A stretch of 64,000 nt of DNA from Oscillatoria sp. FACHB-1406 (lineage in GTDB: Bacteria > Cyanobacteriota > Cyanobacteriia > Cyanobacteriales > Spirulinaceae), in the NCBI RefSeq assembly GCF_014698145.1, contig NZ_JACJSM010000001.1, forward strand, positions 216,633 to 280,632. Direction: 5' to 3'. Each line of letters opens with the position of its first letter. Within the stretch, counting starts at the first letter, position 1. A model generated the notes under the pieces. The model saw only the letters and a list, made by a program, of their open reading frames with translations, was not told the DNA's origin and ran no database searches. Position numbers and translations under genes: made by a program. Below are positions 51,810-60,388 of this stretch, in pieces.

Positions 51810-52618
51810 CAAGGGTTAAAGTTGCGATCGCCTTTATAACCGGACAATTGCGCCAACTCGTCCAAAGAACGAACGCCGGGATAAAATTTTCCCTTAACTT
51901 CCCAAGTGGGAAAAGTCGAGATTCCCGCTTTTTTGCAAGGATCGGTGTCAGAATCTTTTGCTTTCGGATCGCAGGTGACTTCAGCAATACTACTCGCAGC
52001 CGTACTAAAATAATTGCGCTGGTACTGACATTCTTGGCAGTCCGCCTTTATATAAAGTTTTGCCCCCATCTCCGTTAAGTGCTGGGCGAGAGCGAGTTTG
52101 GGTTCATCCTGCGGAGCGGCAGCTTTACCGCCTTTCTGGGCAGAATTCGGGCCGGTTACGGCAATAATTCCCGACGGCGGGGGTTTAACGTCGGATTGCG
52201 GTTCGGGAGTTCCTTGTTGACTCTGCTGGCGTGCGTGGGCGAAGTTTTCTCGGTAGCCTGCCAATTTTTCGCGGGCGACAGTGCTTTTGGGATCGGTTTT
52301 AGGCACGGATTCGAGCAGCGCGATCGCGCGTTCCCATTGTTGGGCGATCAGCTTCCAGTCTTCAGCAGAAACCGCCGACTGCGTAAGCGCGATCGCTCCT
52401 TGGGCAGCATCTTCCGCCGCCACGAACGGATCGGCAACCGTAACCGCCCTCGGAGTCGCAGCAGGCGGTGGCGCTACCGGAGAAGAAACAACCGGCGAGG
52501 GCGAAACCTCAACGGTGGGGGGTGGAGACGACTCGCTACAGCCAGAGATCCCCCCACTCGAGAGCAGCATTCCCAAAATAAAAAAGCTCGCGATCGGCTT
52601 AGCAGTCCTGAATTCCAT
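51809..52618 (-). CDS. lipoprotein with Pro-rich linker and C-terminal thioredoxin-like (VKOR-type Trx) CxxC domain
   Basis: Lipobox LSSGGISGC. Pro/Ala-rich spacer. C-terminus CQECQ...GISTFPTWEVKGKFYPGVRSLDELAQLSGY resembles the Trx-like domain fused to cyanobacterial VKOR. Confidence 0.5.
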   Translation of the reverse strand: MEFRTAKPIASFFILGMLLSSGGISGCSESSPPPTVEVSPSPVVSSPVAPPPAATPRAVTVADPFVAAEDAAQGAIALTQSAVSAEDWKLIAQQWERAIALLESVPKTDPKSTVAREKLAGYRENFAHARQQSQQGTPEPQSDVKPPPSGIIAVTGPNSAQKGGKAAAPQDEPKLALAQHLTEMGAKLYIKADCQECQYQRNYFSTAASSIAEVTCDPKAKDSDTDPCKKAGISTFPTWEVKGKFYPGVRSLDELAQLSGYKGDRNFNP

Positions 52619-52838
52619 AACCCCTAAAGAGAAAACTCACCCAAAAATTTTAAATATCTTTTCAGTTTTAACGCGAATTCAAGAAACAAGGACGCTAAAT
52701 TTTGCCGCGCGTTCTGTACGGGTGGGATAACCGAACGCCCCAAAAGCTTACCCTGCAACCCTCGTGCTGCCGAATACGTTACAATCAAAAACATCCAGTT
52801 GTAACAAGACATCGCGTTTTCATCGCAGCCCCGAACCT

Positions 52839-53486
52839 ATGAATTTACCGATTAAGGCTGTACAGTCTCCCTACTACGGCGACGCATACTATCGCAAACC
52901 GCCGCCGGATCTGTCTTCGCTCATGCTTAAAGAGCGAATCGTATATCTCGGGATGCCGCTGTCCCCGCAAGTTGCCGAACTGATTGTGGCAGAACTGCTC
53001 TACCTTCAGTACGACGACCCGGAAAAACCGATTAAAATCTACATTAACTCTCCCGGGGAATATCCCGGTTTAGAGACTTCAGCCTTTGCGATCTGCGACA
53101 CGATGAATTACGTCAAGCCGCCGATTCAAACCATTTGTATCGGTGCGGCGCTGGGAATGGCAGCGACGATTCTGGCTTGCGGGACGAAGGGCTATCGGCT
53201 TAGCTTGCCCCACGCTCGGATTCTTCTCAACGATACCAGCGGTTCGACGAGCGGGCGATCGCAAGCGTCGGATATTCAAATTCGGGCAAAAGAAATCTTA
53301 GCCACTCGCCAAGCAACCATCGATCTCCTCGCCAAACAAACCGGACAAACGCCTGAAAAGATTCGCAAAGATATCGATCGCCCCTTCTATATGGATCCCC
53401 TGGAAGCCAAAGAATACGGACTGATCGATCGCATCCTCGAAAGCGGAGCCGAACTTCCCGTCCCTGCCCCCGCAGGCATTATTTAA
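52839..53486 (+). CDS. clpR: ClpR, non-catalytic ClpP paralogue
   Basis: ClpP fold, but the catalytic Ser position reads GAALGMAA and the His position reads RILLNDTSG. Start taken at ATG 52839 (MNLPIKA). Confidence 0.75.
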   Translation: MNLPIKAVQSPYYGDAYYRKPPPDLSSLMLKERIVYLGMPLSPQVAELIVAELLYLQYDDPEKPIKIYINSPGEYPGLETSAFAICDTMNYVKPPIQTICIGAALGMAATILACGTKGYRLSLPHARILLNDTSGSTSGRSQASDIQIRAKEILATRQATIDLLAKQTGQTPEKIRKDIDRPFYMDPLEAKEYGLIDRILESGAELPVPAPAGII

Positions 53487-53512
53487 AACGCATTATTACA
53501 CGGAGTAAATTC

Positions 53513-54136
53513 ATGCCATTAGATGTCCCAAAGGTTCCGTATCGCTTGCCCGGACAGCCTTACGAAGACTGGATTTCAATTTACAATCGCTTATTTTTAG
53601 AGCGGATTTTATTCTTAGGTTGGGAAATCGACGACGAGACAGCCAATCGCATCGTTGCCTATATGCTGTATCTTGACTCTGAAGATCAGAATAAAGATAT
53701 TTACCTGTATATCAACTCTCCCGGCGGTTCCGTTACGGCGGGAATGGCAATTTACGACACCATGCAGCATATTCGCTCCAATGTCGTCACGATTTGCGTC
53801 GGTTTAGCCGCTTCAATGGGCGCATTTTTATTGGCAGCGGGAACGAAAGGAAAACGCCTCGCTCTGCCCCACGCGCGGGTTATGATCCACCAACCGGCGC
53901 TCTCACAAGGGTTTTACGGACAGGCAACTGATATTAGCATTGCCGCCAAACAGATCATCCGCACGCGCCAGCAAATGGATGAAATTATGGCTGCCCGTAC
54001 CGGACAACCCATCGAACGGATTAAGAAAGATACCGATCGCGACTATTATATGTCTGCCTTCGATGCGAAGGAATACGGCATTATCGATCGCGTGATCGAA
54101 GAGCAACCCACGCCTAATGCAGCACTGTTGACTTAA
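53513..54136 (+). CDS. clpP: ATP-dependent Clp protease proteolytic subunit (ClpP3-type)
   Basis: 207 aa. Catalytic Ser in GLAASMGAF, His in RVMIHQP. Confidence 0.85.
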   Translation: MPLDVPKVPYRLPGQPYEDWISIYNRLFLERILFLGWEIDDETANRIVAYMLYLDSEDQNKDIYLYINSPGGSVTAGMAIYDTMQHIRSNVVTICVGLAASMGAFLLAAGTKGKRLALPHARVMIHQPALSQGFYGQATDISIAAKQIIRTRQQMDEIMAARTGQPIERIKKDTDRDYYMSAFDAKEYGIIDRVIEEQPTPNAALLT

Positions 54137-54160
54137 AATCGCATCGATTTAACCTTGGCG

Positions 54161-54192
54161 AACCCGGCTTTAGTTATAAAGCCGGGTTTCTC
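54161..54192 (+). terminator. possible terminator after clpP
   Basis: AACCCGGCTTT pairs with AAAGCCGGGTT (loop AGTTAT), followed by a weak TTTCTCTG tail. Confidence 0.4.
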
Positions 54193-54281
54193 TGTATCGG
54201 GCGAGATAATTGCCCTTTTTCTGGAGTATGATAGCGATCGATTCATTTCTCGCTCGATAAAGTATAACCAGACTGAATGGG

Positions 54282-54875
54282 ATGGAATTAGCGGACTGCT
54301 ATCGCCTGTTAGGGCTGAATTTCGATGCAAAACCGGAGCAAATTAAAGCATCTTATCGCCGGTTGGCGCGCTCTTATCATCCCGATGCCAATCCCGACAA
54401 TCCCGCCCTCGCTCACGTTAAATTCATTCAATTAACCGAAGCCTATCAACTGCTGTTGCAAGCTGCCCCGCAACCCCCGCAGCCCGTTACCGTTCCCTCC
54501 ACTAACATTAAACCGCCACCGCCTCCCGCACCGCCACCGCCACCGCCTAACCTTCCCAAACTCTCGCCCAAAGACCGACAATTAAAATCGAGTAGCTATC
54601 AAACCTTACAAAAATTGCTAGCTGAAAAGCGATTTGCCAGAGCGATTGCGTTAGTAGAAGGATTGGCTTATCGCTTCCCGTTAGATGCAGAAATTCGTCA
54701 GTGGCAAGCGATCGCGTATCAACAGCAAGGACGGCAATTCATACGCGATCGCGCTTTCTATAAAGCCGCCGTTTACCTGAACAAAGCGCTGCGTACCGAT
54801 CCTCATAACCGTTCCCTCGCCGCCGCGATCGAAAAAGATTTTCAATTGATGAGGCGTTCTATGAAACCCGGTTGA
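54282..54875 (+). CDS. J-domain (DnaJ-like) protein with Pro-rich linker and TPR-like C-terminus
   Basis: CYRLLGLNFDAKPEQIKASYRRLARSYHPDANPDN (HPD motif). PPPPAPPPPPP linker. Confidence 0.8.
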   Translation: MELADCYRLLGLNFDAKPEQIKASYRRLARSYHPDANPDNPALAHVKFIQLTEAYQLLLQAAPQPPQPVTVPSTNIKPPPPPAPPPPPPNLPKLSPKDRQLKSSSYQTLQKLLAEKRFARAIALVEGLAYRFPLDAEIRQWQAIAYQQQGRQFIRDRAFYKAAVYLNKALRTDPHNRSLAAAIEKDFQLMRRSMKPG

Positions 54876-55020
54876 ATGCCTACCATAAAAATTTTGCGAA
54901 CCCCAAAGACACAAAGTTGTAATTAAAGAGAACATAGGGAGGGCGTGTTTTCTTATCGATTCGATCGTTTCTAGACAGGGATTTTAGGTAAACCCGCCCC
55001 TACAGTTCTGGTTAACTTTT

Positions 55021-57885
55021 TTATGCCCTTCTACTGACTGCTCGATTATTTTTAAAACTGCGATCGCCAAACCGCCCAACAATTTGCTTTCGGACTTCAT
55101 CTACTATCAGAATTAAAAGCGGACAAAACAAGAGCATCAACCATTGCAAGGAAGAGAGCGGAGCGCTCGAAAAGATTTTTTCTAAAGCCGGGACGTAAAT
55201 AATCGAGAGAATTAGCGCCCACTCAACTGCAATGCCAAACCAAATCAAACGGTTGCTAAAAAAGCCCAAGCGGAAAATCGAAACCCGCTCGCTGCGGCAA
55301 GCGAAAACGTTGCCATCTTGACAAGCAACGATCGCTGCCAATGTTACCGTGGTGGCTTGATGGTAAATGGCTATTTGAGCCGCTGTCGCCGAATGAGCCA
55401 GAATTGAAGAATTTATGGCCTGCAACTGGGGAATTCCGTAACCATTCGCCCACCAAACCAGCAGAAAACCTGTCATTCCGGTCAGTCCTTCTAATAACCC
55501 CAAAAAGCAATAAGCGCGTAACAGTAAAGAAAGATCCAGTAAAGGTTTCGACTTCTTGCGGGGAGGTTGAAGCAAGATGCCAGTCTCCGGTTTTTCTGCA
55601 CCTAACGCGAGGGCGGGAAGCATATCGGTGCCGAGATCGATCGCGAGAATTTGTAGAATCACCAAAGCGGGTGGAATCTTCAAAAATACCATCGCGAGGA
55701 AGGGAATAAACTCGGCCATATTGGAGGACAGAATATAGGTGATAAACTTGCGAATATTCTGATAGACTGCCCGTCCCTGTTCGATCGCGCTGACAATCGT
55801 CGCAAAGTTATCGTCAATCAGCACGATATCTGCCGCTTCCCGCGCCACATCCGTACCGCTCATCCCCATCGCAATGCCAATATTCGCAGCCCTCAACGCG
55901 GGCGCATCGTTTACGCCATCGCCTGTAACGGCGACGATATGCCCCATCGCGATGTAAGCCCGAACCAATCTTAGCTTCTGTTCTGGCATCATACGAGCGA
56001 AGACTAAGCCAGATTTGCGGTGCAAAATCTGACGCAGTTGAGCATCGGAGAGATGGCCCATTTCTTCGCCCGTCACCACTCGGGTTTTTTGATTCACTAA
56101 ACCAATACGACGCGCGATCGCTTCTGCGGTTAGTCCGTAGTCCCCCGTTACCATTGTCACCTGAATTCCGGCTCGATGGCATTTCGCGATCGCGTCGGCC
56201 ACTTCCGGGCGCGGCGGGTCGATAGTCGCTGTTAAACCGAGAAAAATCGGATTTTCCTCCAAATCTCTCGCCTCTTGCGACGGTAGCGCTGTCCTGCACT
56301 GTCCCGCTACAGCTAAAACTCGATAGCCCCGACTCGCCAAGCGATCGTTCGCCGCCTCAATCTCGCTGCGCGCGGCTGCCGATAATTCTTCAATCCGCCC
56401 TTCTTTCAAGCTCCACTGACAGTGTTGCAGGACATCCAACGGCGCGCCTTTGGTAAAAATGAGATAAGTTTCCCTTCCCCTCTCGCCCAAAGAGGAGGGA
56501 CGGACTAACTCGCGCCCTAAATCCGAATCCTCCGAACTGCTTTGCAAGACGACGCTCATCATGCGTCGGTGAGAATCAAAGGGGATTTCCTGAATTCTCG
56601 GCCATTGACGCTGGAGTTCTTCCAAGTTCAAGCCCTGTTTTAAGGCAGCTACCAAGAGTGCAGCTTCGGTGGGATCGCCAATTTCTTGCCACTGACTGGA
56701 ACCGTTCGGATGCAGCAAACGAGCATTGCAGCACAGCGCCGCACCGGATAGAAGTAGATTGACTTGGGGCTGTTGCCCTTCGCTCGCGCGTACCTCTCCC
56801 GTCGGCTGGTAGCCCGTTCCCGTGATTTCAATCTCCGTTTCCGGAATCCAGAGTTGGCGCACCGTCATCTCGTTTTTGGTGAGGGTTCCGGTCTTATCGG
56901 TGCAAATAACCGTTGTCGCGCTCAAGGTTTCCACGGCGGAGAGGCGACGCACGAGCGCATTGCGTTGTGCCATGCGCTTCACCCCAATCGCTAAAGCTAG
57001 GGTAACAGTTGGTAGGAGTCCTTCGGGGACAAAGGCGACAATAATCCCAATCGCAAAAATAAAGCTTTCCTTAACGCCCATCCCCACCAAGAGATTGGTG
57101 AGTAGGAAGACTAGAACGCCCATTCCGATCGCGATCGCGGTGATAATATGAACGACCCCATTAATTTGCACTTCCAACGTGCTGGGTTCCCGCTTCAGGG
57201 TTGCCGTCCGGTGGGCGACTTGACCGAACTCGGTTTGAGTTCCGGTAGCATAGACGACAGCTAAACCTCGTCCTGCGGAAACGGTGGAACCCGCAAACAC
57301 GAGATTGTGAGCTTCCGAGGCGCGGAGCTTGCTGGCGGCGGCGGGTTCGGCACTGCGGGTGATTGGTAGCGATTCCCCCGTCAGTACCGAGACATCGACG
57401 TATAAAGATTGGGAGGAAACCAGTCTAGCATCGGCGGAAATGCGATCGCCTTCTTCCAACTGCAAAAGGTCGCCTGGAACCATCTCTCGCACGGGAATCT
57501 CGCGTAAGATGCCATCGCGATAGACTTTCGCTTGCGCGGGCAGCATTTTATTGAGGGCTGCGAGCGCTTGTTCTGCCTTAAATTCTTGCCAAAAACTAAA
57601 CCCCGCATTAATCCAAATCACCGCCCAAATTGCCCAGCCCAGTTCCGGAGTACCGGAGATAAAAGCCAGGATTCCTGCAATCCAAAGCAGGAGGGCCATG
57701 AAGTGAGTTAACTGGTCGATGAAACGGAGAAAAAGCGATCGCCGCGCGGGTTCGGGCAGTTCGTTAAACCCGTAATGTTCGAGCCGGGTTGCGGTTTCTG
57801 TCTCGGGAAGCCCCCGTTCCGAAGTAGACAGCTTTTCGTAGACTTGCTGTGTCGATAAAGTCCAAATGGGTAGATGAGGTGCCAT
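55021..57885 (-). CDS. P-type (E1-E2) cation-transporting ATPase, type II (Ca2+/cation, PacL-like)
   Basis: 954 aa. DKTGTLT phosphorylation site. PEGL in M4. TGDGVNDAPAL hinge. Confidence 0.85.
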   Translation of the reverse strand: MAPHLPIWTLSTQQVYEKLSTSERGLPETETATRLEHYGFNELPEPARRSLFLRFIDQLTHFMALLLWIAGILAFISGTPELGWAIWAVIWINAGFSFWQEFKAEQALAALNKMLPAQAKVYRDGILREIPVREMVPGDLLQLEEGDRISADARLVSSQSLYVDVSVLTGESLPITRSAEPAAASKLRASEAHNLVFAGSTVSAGRGLAVVYATGTQTEFGQVAHRTATLKREPSTLEVQINGVVHIITAIAIGMGVLVFLLTNLLVGMGVKESFIFAIGIIVAFVPEGLLPTVTLALAIGVKRMAQRNALVRRLSAVETLSATTVICTDKTGTLTKNEMTVRQLWIPETEIEITGTGYQPTGEVRASEGQQPQVNLLLSGAALCCNARLLHPNGSSQWQEIGDPTEAALLVAALKQGLNLEELQRQWPRIQEIPFDSHRRMMSVVLQSSSEDSDLGRELVRPSSLGERGRETYLIFTKGAPLDVLQHCQWSLKEGRIEELSAAARSEIEAANDRLASRGYRVLAVAGQCRTALPSQEARDLEENPIFLGLTATIDPPRPEVADAIAKCHRAGIQVTMVTGDYGLTAEAIARRIGLVNQKTRVVTGEEMGHLSDAQLRQILHRKSGLVFARMMPEQKLRLVRAYIAMGHIVAVTGDGVNDAPALRAANIGIAMGMSGTDVAREAADIVLIDDNFATIVSAIEQGRAVYQNIRKFITYILSSNMAEFIPFLAMVFLKIPPALVILQILAIDLGTDMLPALALGAEKPETGILLQPPRKKSKPLLDLSLLLRAYCFLGLLEGLTGMTGFLLVWWANGYGIPQLQAINSSILAHSATAAQIAIYHQATTVTLAAIVACQDGNVFACRSERVSIFRLGFFSNRLIWFGIAVEWALILSIIYVPALEKIFSSAPLSSLQWLMLLFCPLLILIVDEVRKQIVGRFGDRSFKNNRAVSRRA

Positions 57886-58140
57886 AGTCAGACTTCGAGC
57901 AGTTGTTGCTCGGCAAAGGATATCAAAACCTTGCTATGTTTCGATGTTACCTCGGGGCGATCGAACGGTTTCTCATTCAGCAAGATTTCGTAAGGATGCG
58001 ATCGCAACACTTACAGCGAAATCCAGCACTTTTAGTAAAGTTTTCCAGTACGACAGCGCCGCGCACCGTAAAGCGGCTCCGGAGCGCGATCGCACTTTCA
58101 AAATTTATCCTATACTTTGGTTAGTCTCTGCTGCGAAGGT

Positions 58141-58290
58141 ATGGCCGCGATCGATAACTCCGAACAATTCCTCGACGATTTCTACAACGCCTGCGATCCT
58201 TTTGAACCGCTTCCCGCAGGCGATTCGGGGAAAAAAATTGCTCTCAAAAATCGAATTAATACATTAGCTGAATTGGGTCGATTGAAATAA
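58141..58290 (+). CDS. unlisted 49-aa ORF (MAAIDNSEQFLDDFYNACDPFEPLPAGDSGKKIALKNRINTLAELGRLK), possible gene fragment
   Basis: Own translation. Below the ORF-track length cutoff. Followed by an AT-rich non-coding stretch. Confidence 0.25.
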   Translation: MAAIDNSEQFLDDFYNACDPFEPLPAGDSGKKIALKNRINTLAELGRLK

Positions 58291-58392
58291 CGTTATATAG
58301 TTAATTTTTCAAAAAATAGCAATGTGTACTTTTTATTTTTTAGCCATAAATCTGATAAAGTTTTGTTGACTTCTCGTTTTAAAAAACGTGCA

Positions 58393-58728
58393 TTAAGCTA
58401 CTCCAAAATCCGTGTAAGCTCTAACGTAGGGAATTTGAAAACCTAAAATAATATCCTCTCGCGCCACCCCCATTTCGACTAACTCCCTGCCGGGTTCTGC
58501 TTCAGTTGCATTCTCTTGAATCCAAATCTTGCCATCTTTAAGATCGAAGTGCATAGTGCAACTATGAATTCGACGATTTCCCTGCCAACCCACGTCCATG
58601 ATGAGATAGCGATCGCGCTCCCGATCGATGATAGCCTGTACCTCAATCTCTCCACTATTGGGAGCTACTTCTGAATATTTTATTAGCAATTTTTCAAGGT
58701 ATTGACGATAGCAGTCTAACTTATCCAT
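58393..58728 (-). CDS. xisI: XisI (fdxN-element excision controlling factor-like)
   Basis: 111 aa. MDKLDCYRQYLEKLL...DRYLIMDVGWQG...HFDLKDGKIWIQEN is typical XisI. Overlaps xisH by 13 nt. Confidence 0.8.
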   Translation of the reverse strand: MDKLDCYRQYLEKLLIKYSEVAPNSGEIEVQAIIDRERDRYLIMDVGWQGNRRIHSCTMHFDLKDGKIWIQENATEAEPGRELVEMGVAREDIILGFQIPYVRAYTDFGVA

Positions 58729-59132
58729 CTGACAATTTCCTCCAGTATCGGATCGTACACAAGTAATCGAACTTGATACCGTTGCACGGAAGCCTGTAAA
58801 AACTCGCGCTCGAAAAGTGATTCGTAGATTGCGACAGGAACAGCTAAATACAGTACGCGATCGCGATCGCTAAAATCCAAAGCCAGCTTGTAATTGAGAA
58901 ACTGACCCAATGCAGTATGGTAAGCATTGACGGAAGATTCTTCCAAAAAGCTTTTAACCTCGACCGCTATTTTTTAGCGACCTTTCTCTGCTCCTATTAA
59001 GCACTCTGCACCCAAATCGATCTCAAGCTTAACACTTCCGACTTCTAGTTTAAGAGGGTCATCTGTAATTATCCACTCCTCCTTTTGTAACCCTTTTTTT
59101 ACACAAAAGTGGAAGCGATCGCGAACTGCCAT
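58716..59132 (-). pseudogene. xisH: xisH interrupted by an in-frame TAA
   Basis: Own translation from ATG 59130-59132 gives MAVRDRFHFCVKKGLQKEEWIITDDPLKLEVGSVKLEIDLGAECLIGAEKGR, then a stop (TAA at 58974-58976). The same frame continues KIAVEVKSFLEESSVNAYH...VYDPILEEIVRWIS, which is track ORF 58716..58946. Confidence 0.7.
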
Positions 59133-59295
59133 AATTTCGATTGTCTATAACCTTACTTATTTTACACAGCGCTCGCGGCGACCGCCTGCATTTTACGGAA
59201 TGTAGCTCGTGCGACTGAAGCGCGATTATACCTTAAGGTTCTCGGCTCTATAATAAAAGCGATGCCTCGTCCCTTCCTCAGAGATATCTGCAAAA

Positions 59296-60090
59296 ATGTA
59301 CCAACCCGACTCCCCTGCATCGCCGCTCAAAGTTCTGCCGACGATGTACGATTTACCCAGTGAAAATCCAGAGGAACCCGGAGTGCCTGACACTTTCCAC
59401 GTTTTTCAACCTCGCCTGCTTGACGACACCTTCTCTCCAAGCAATTATCCGCCAGAACGCATCTTTACCGGCAGCGATGTCAATCTCTACTACGATTCCA
59501 ATAACACGCTTTGGTACAAGCGCCCCGATTGGTACGCCGTCTTGGGAGTGCCGCGCCTTTATCAAGAACGGGATTTGCGGTTGAGTTATGTGGTGTGGGA
59601 TGAAAAAGTCACTCCGTTTATCGTCGTTGAGTTACTTTCTCCCGGAACCGAAAAGGAAGACTTAGGGCGAACTTTGCGAGATGCAAAATCGCCGCCGACG
59701 AAATGGGAAGTTTACGAACAGATTCTCAAGATTCCCTACTATGCAATCTTCGATCGCTACAGCCAAATGTTCCAACCCTTTAAACTGGAAGAAGGGGGTT
59801 ACAAAGCGATAAAAGTGGGGGACAGCGAACGTTTTTGGCTGCCAGAGATTCAGTTAGGGCTGGGGATTTGGGAAGGAGAGTATGACGGAATCGAACATCG
59901 TTGGTTGCGCTGGTATGATGCGGAAGGCTGGGTACTCACGCCGATGGAACGAGAACGGAAACGGGCTGAAAGCGAACGACAGCGCGCAGAACAGCAGCAG
60001 CAACTTGCTGAAAGCGAACGACAGCGCGCAGAACGCTTAATAGCGCAATTAAGAGCGTTAGGAATCGAACCGGATGGGGAGAATGGGTAA
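59296..60090 (+). CDS. Uma2-family (DUF820) restriction-endonuclease-fold protein with C-terminal ESERQRAE repeats
   Basis: MYDLPSENPEEPGVPDTFHVFQPRLL N-terminus is typical of cyanobacterial Uma2 proteins. Repeated AESERQRAE near the C-terminus. Confidence 0.75.
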   Translation: MYQPDSPASPLKVLPTMYDLPSENPEEPGVPDTFHVFQPRLLDDTFSPSNYPPERIFTGSDVNLYYDSNNTLWYKRPDWYAVLGVPRLYQERDLRLSYVVWDEKVTPFIVVELLSPGTEKEDLGRTLRDAKSPPTKWEVYEQILKIPYYAIFDRYSQMFQPFKLEEGGYKAIKVGDSERFWLPEIQLGLGIWEGEYDGIEHRWLRWYDAEGWVLTPMERERKRAESERQRAEQQQQLAESERQRAERLIAQLRALGIEPDGENG

Positions 60091-60388
60091 AGCTTGCGGA
60101 ATTTTAAGCTCGAGATTGTAACACTATTTAGCACAGCAAGCTAAATCGAGTTGCATTGAGTTGGAGAGAGAGGCAAAAGAATAGCCGGTGAGAAATCCAG
60201 CCCCTTTAGGTAGGGTTTTCCTGCACGACAACGCACGCGATCGCGCCGTACAATAACGGTGTGGCGAATTCACAAGGCAGAATGTCGAACTCAATCGCCT
60301 TTCGGACATAGGATCATTCTGCCAGTCAATTGGATTCTTGCCCGTGCAGAACCCGCTTTATAGATAGTCCTAACGACCATTCCAACCT

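Noticed and set aside
52079-52730. Plus-strand ORFs (182 and 149 aa) antisense to the Trx-like lipoprotein gene
   Set aside because: Arg-rich antisense artefacts.
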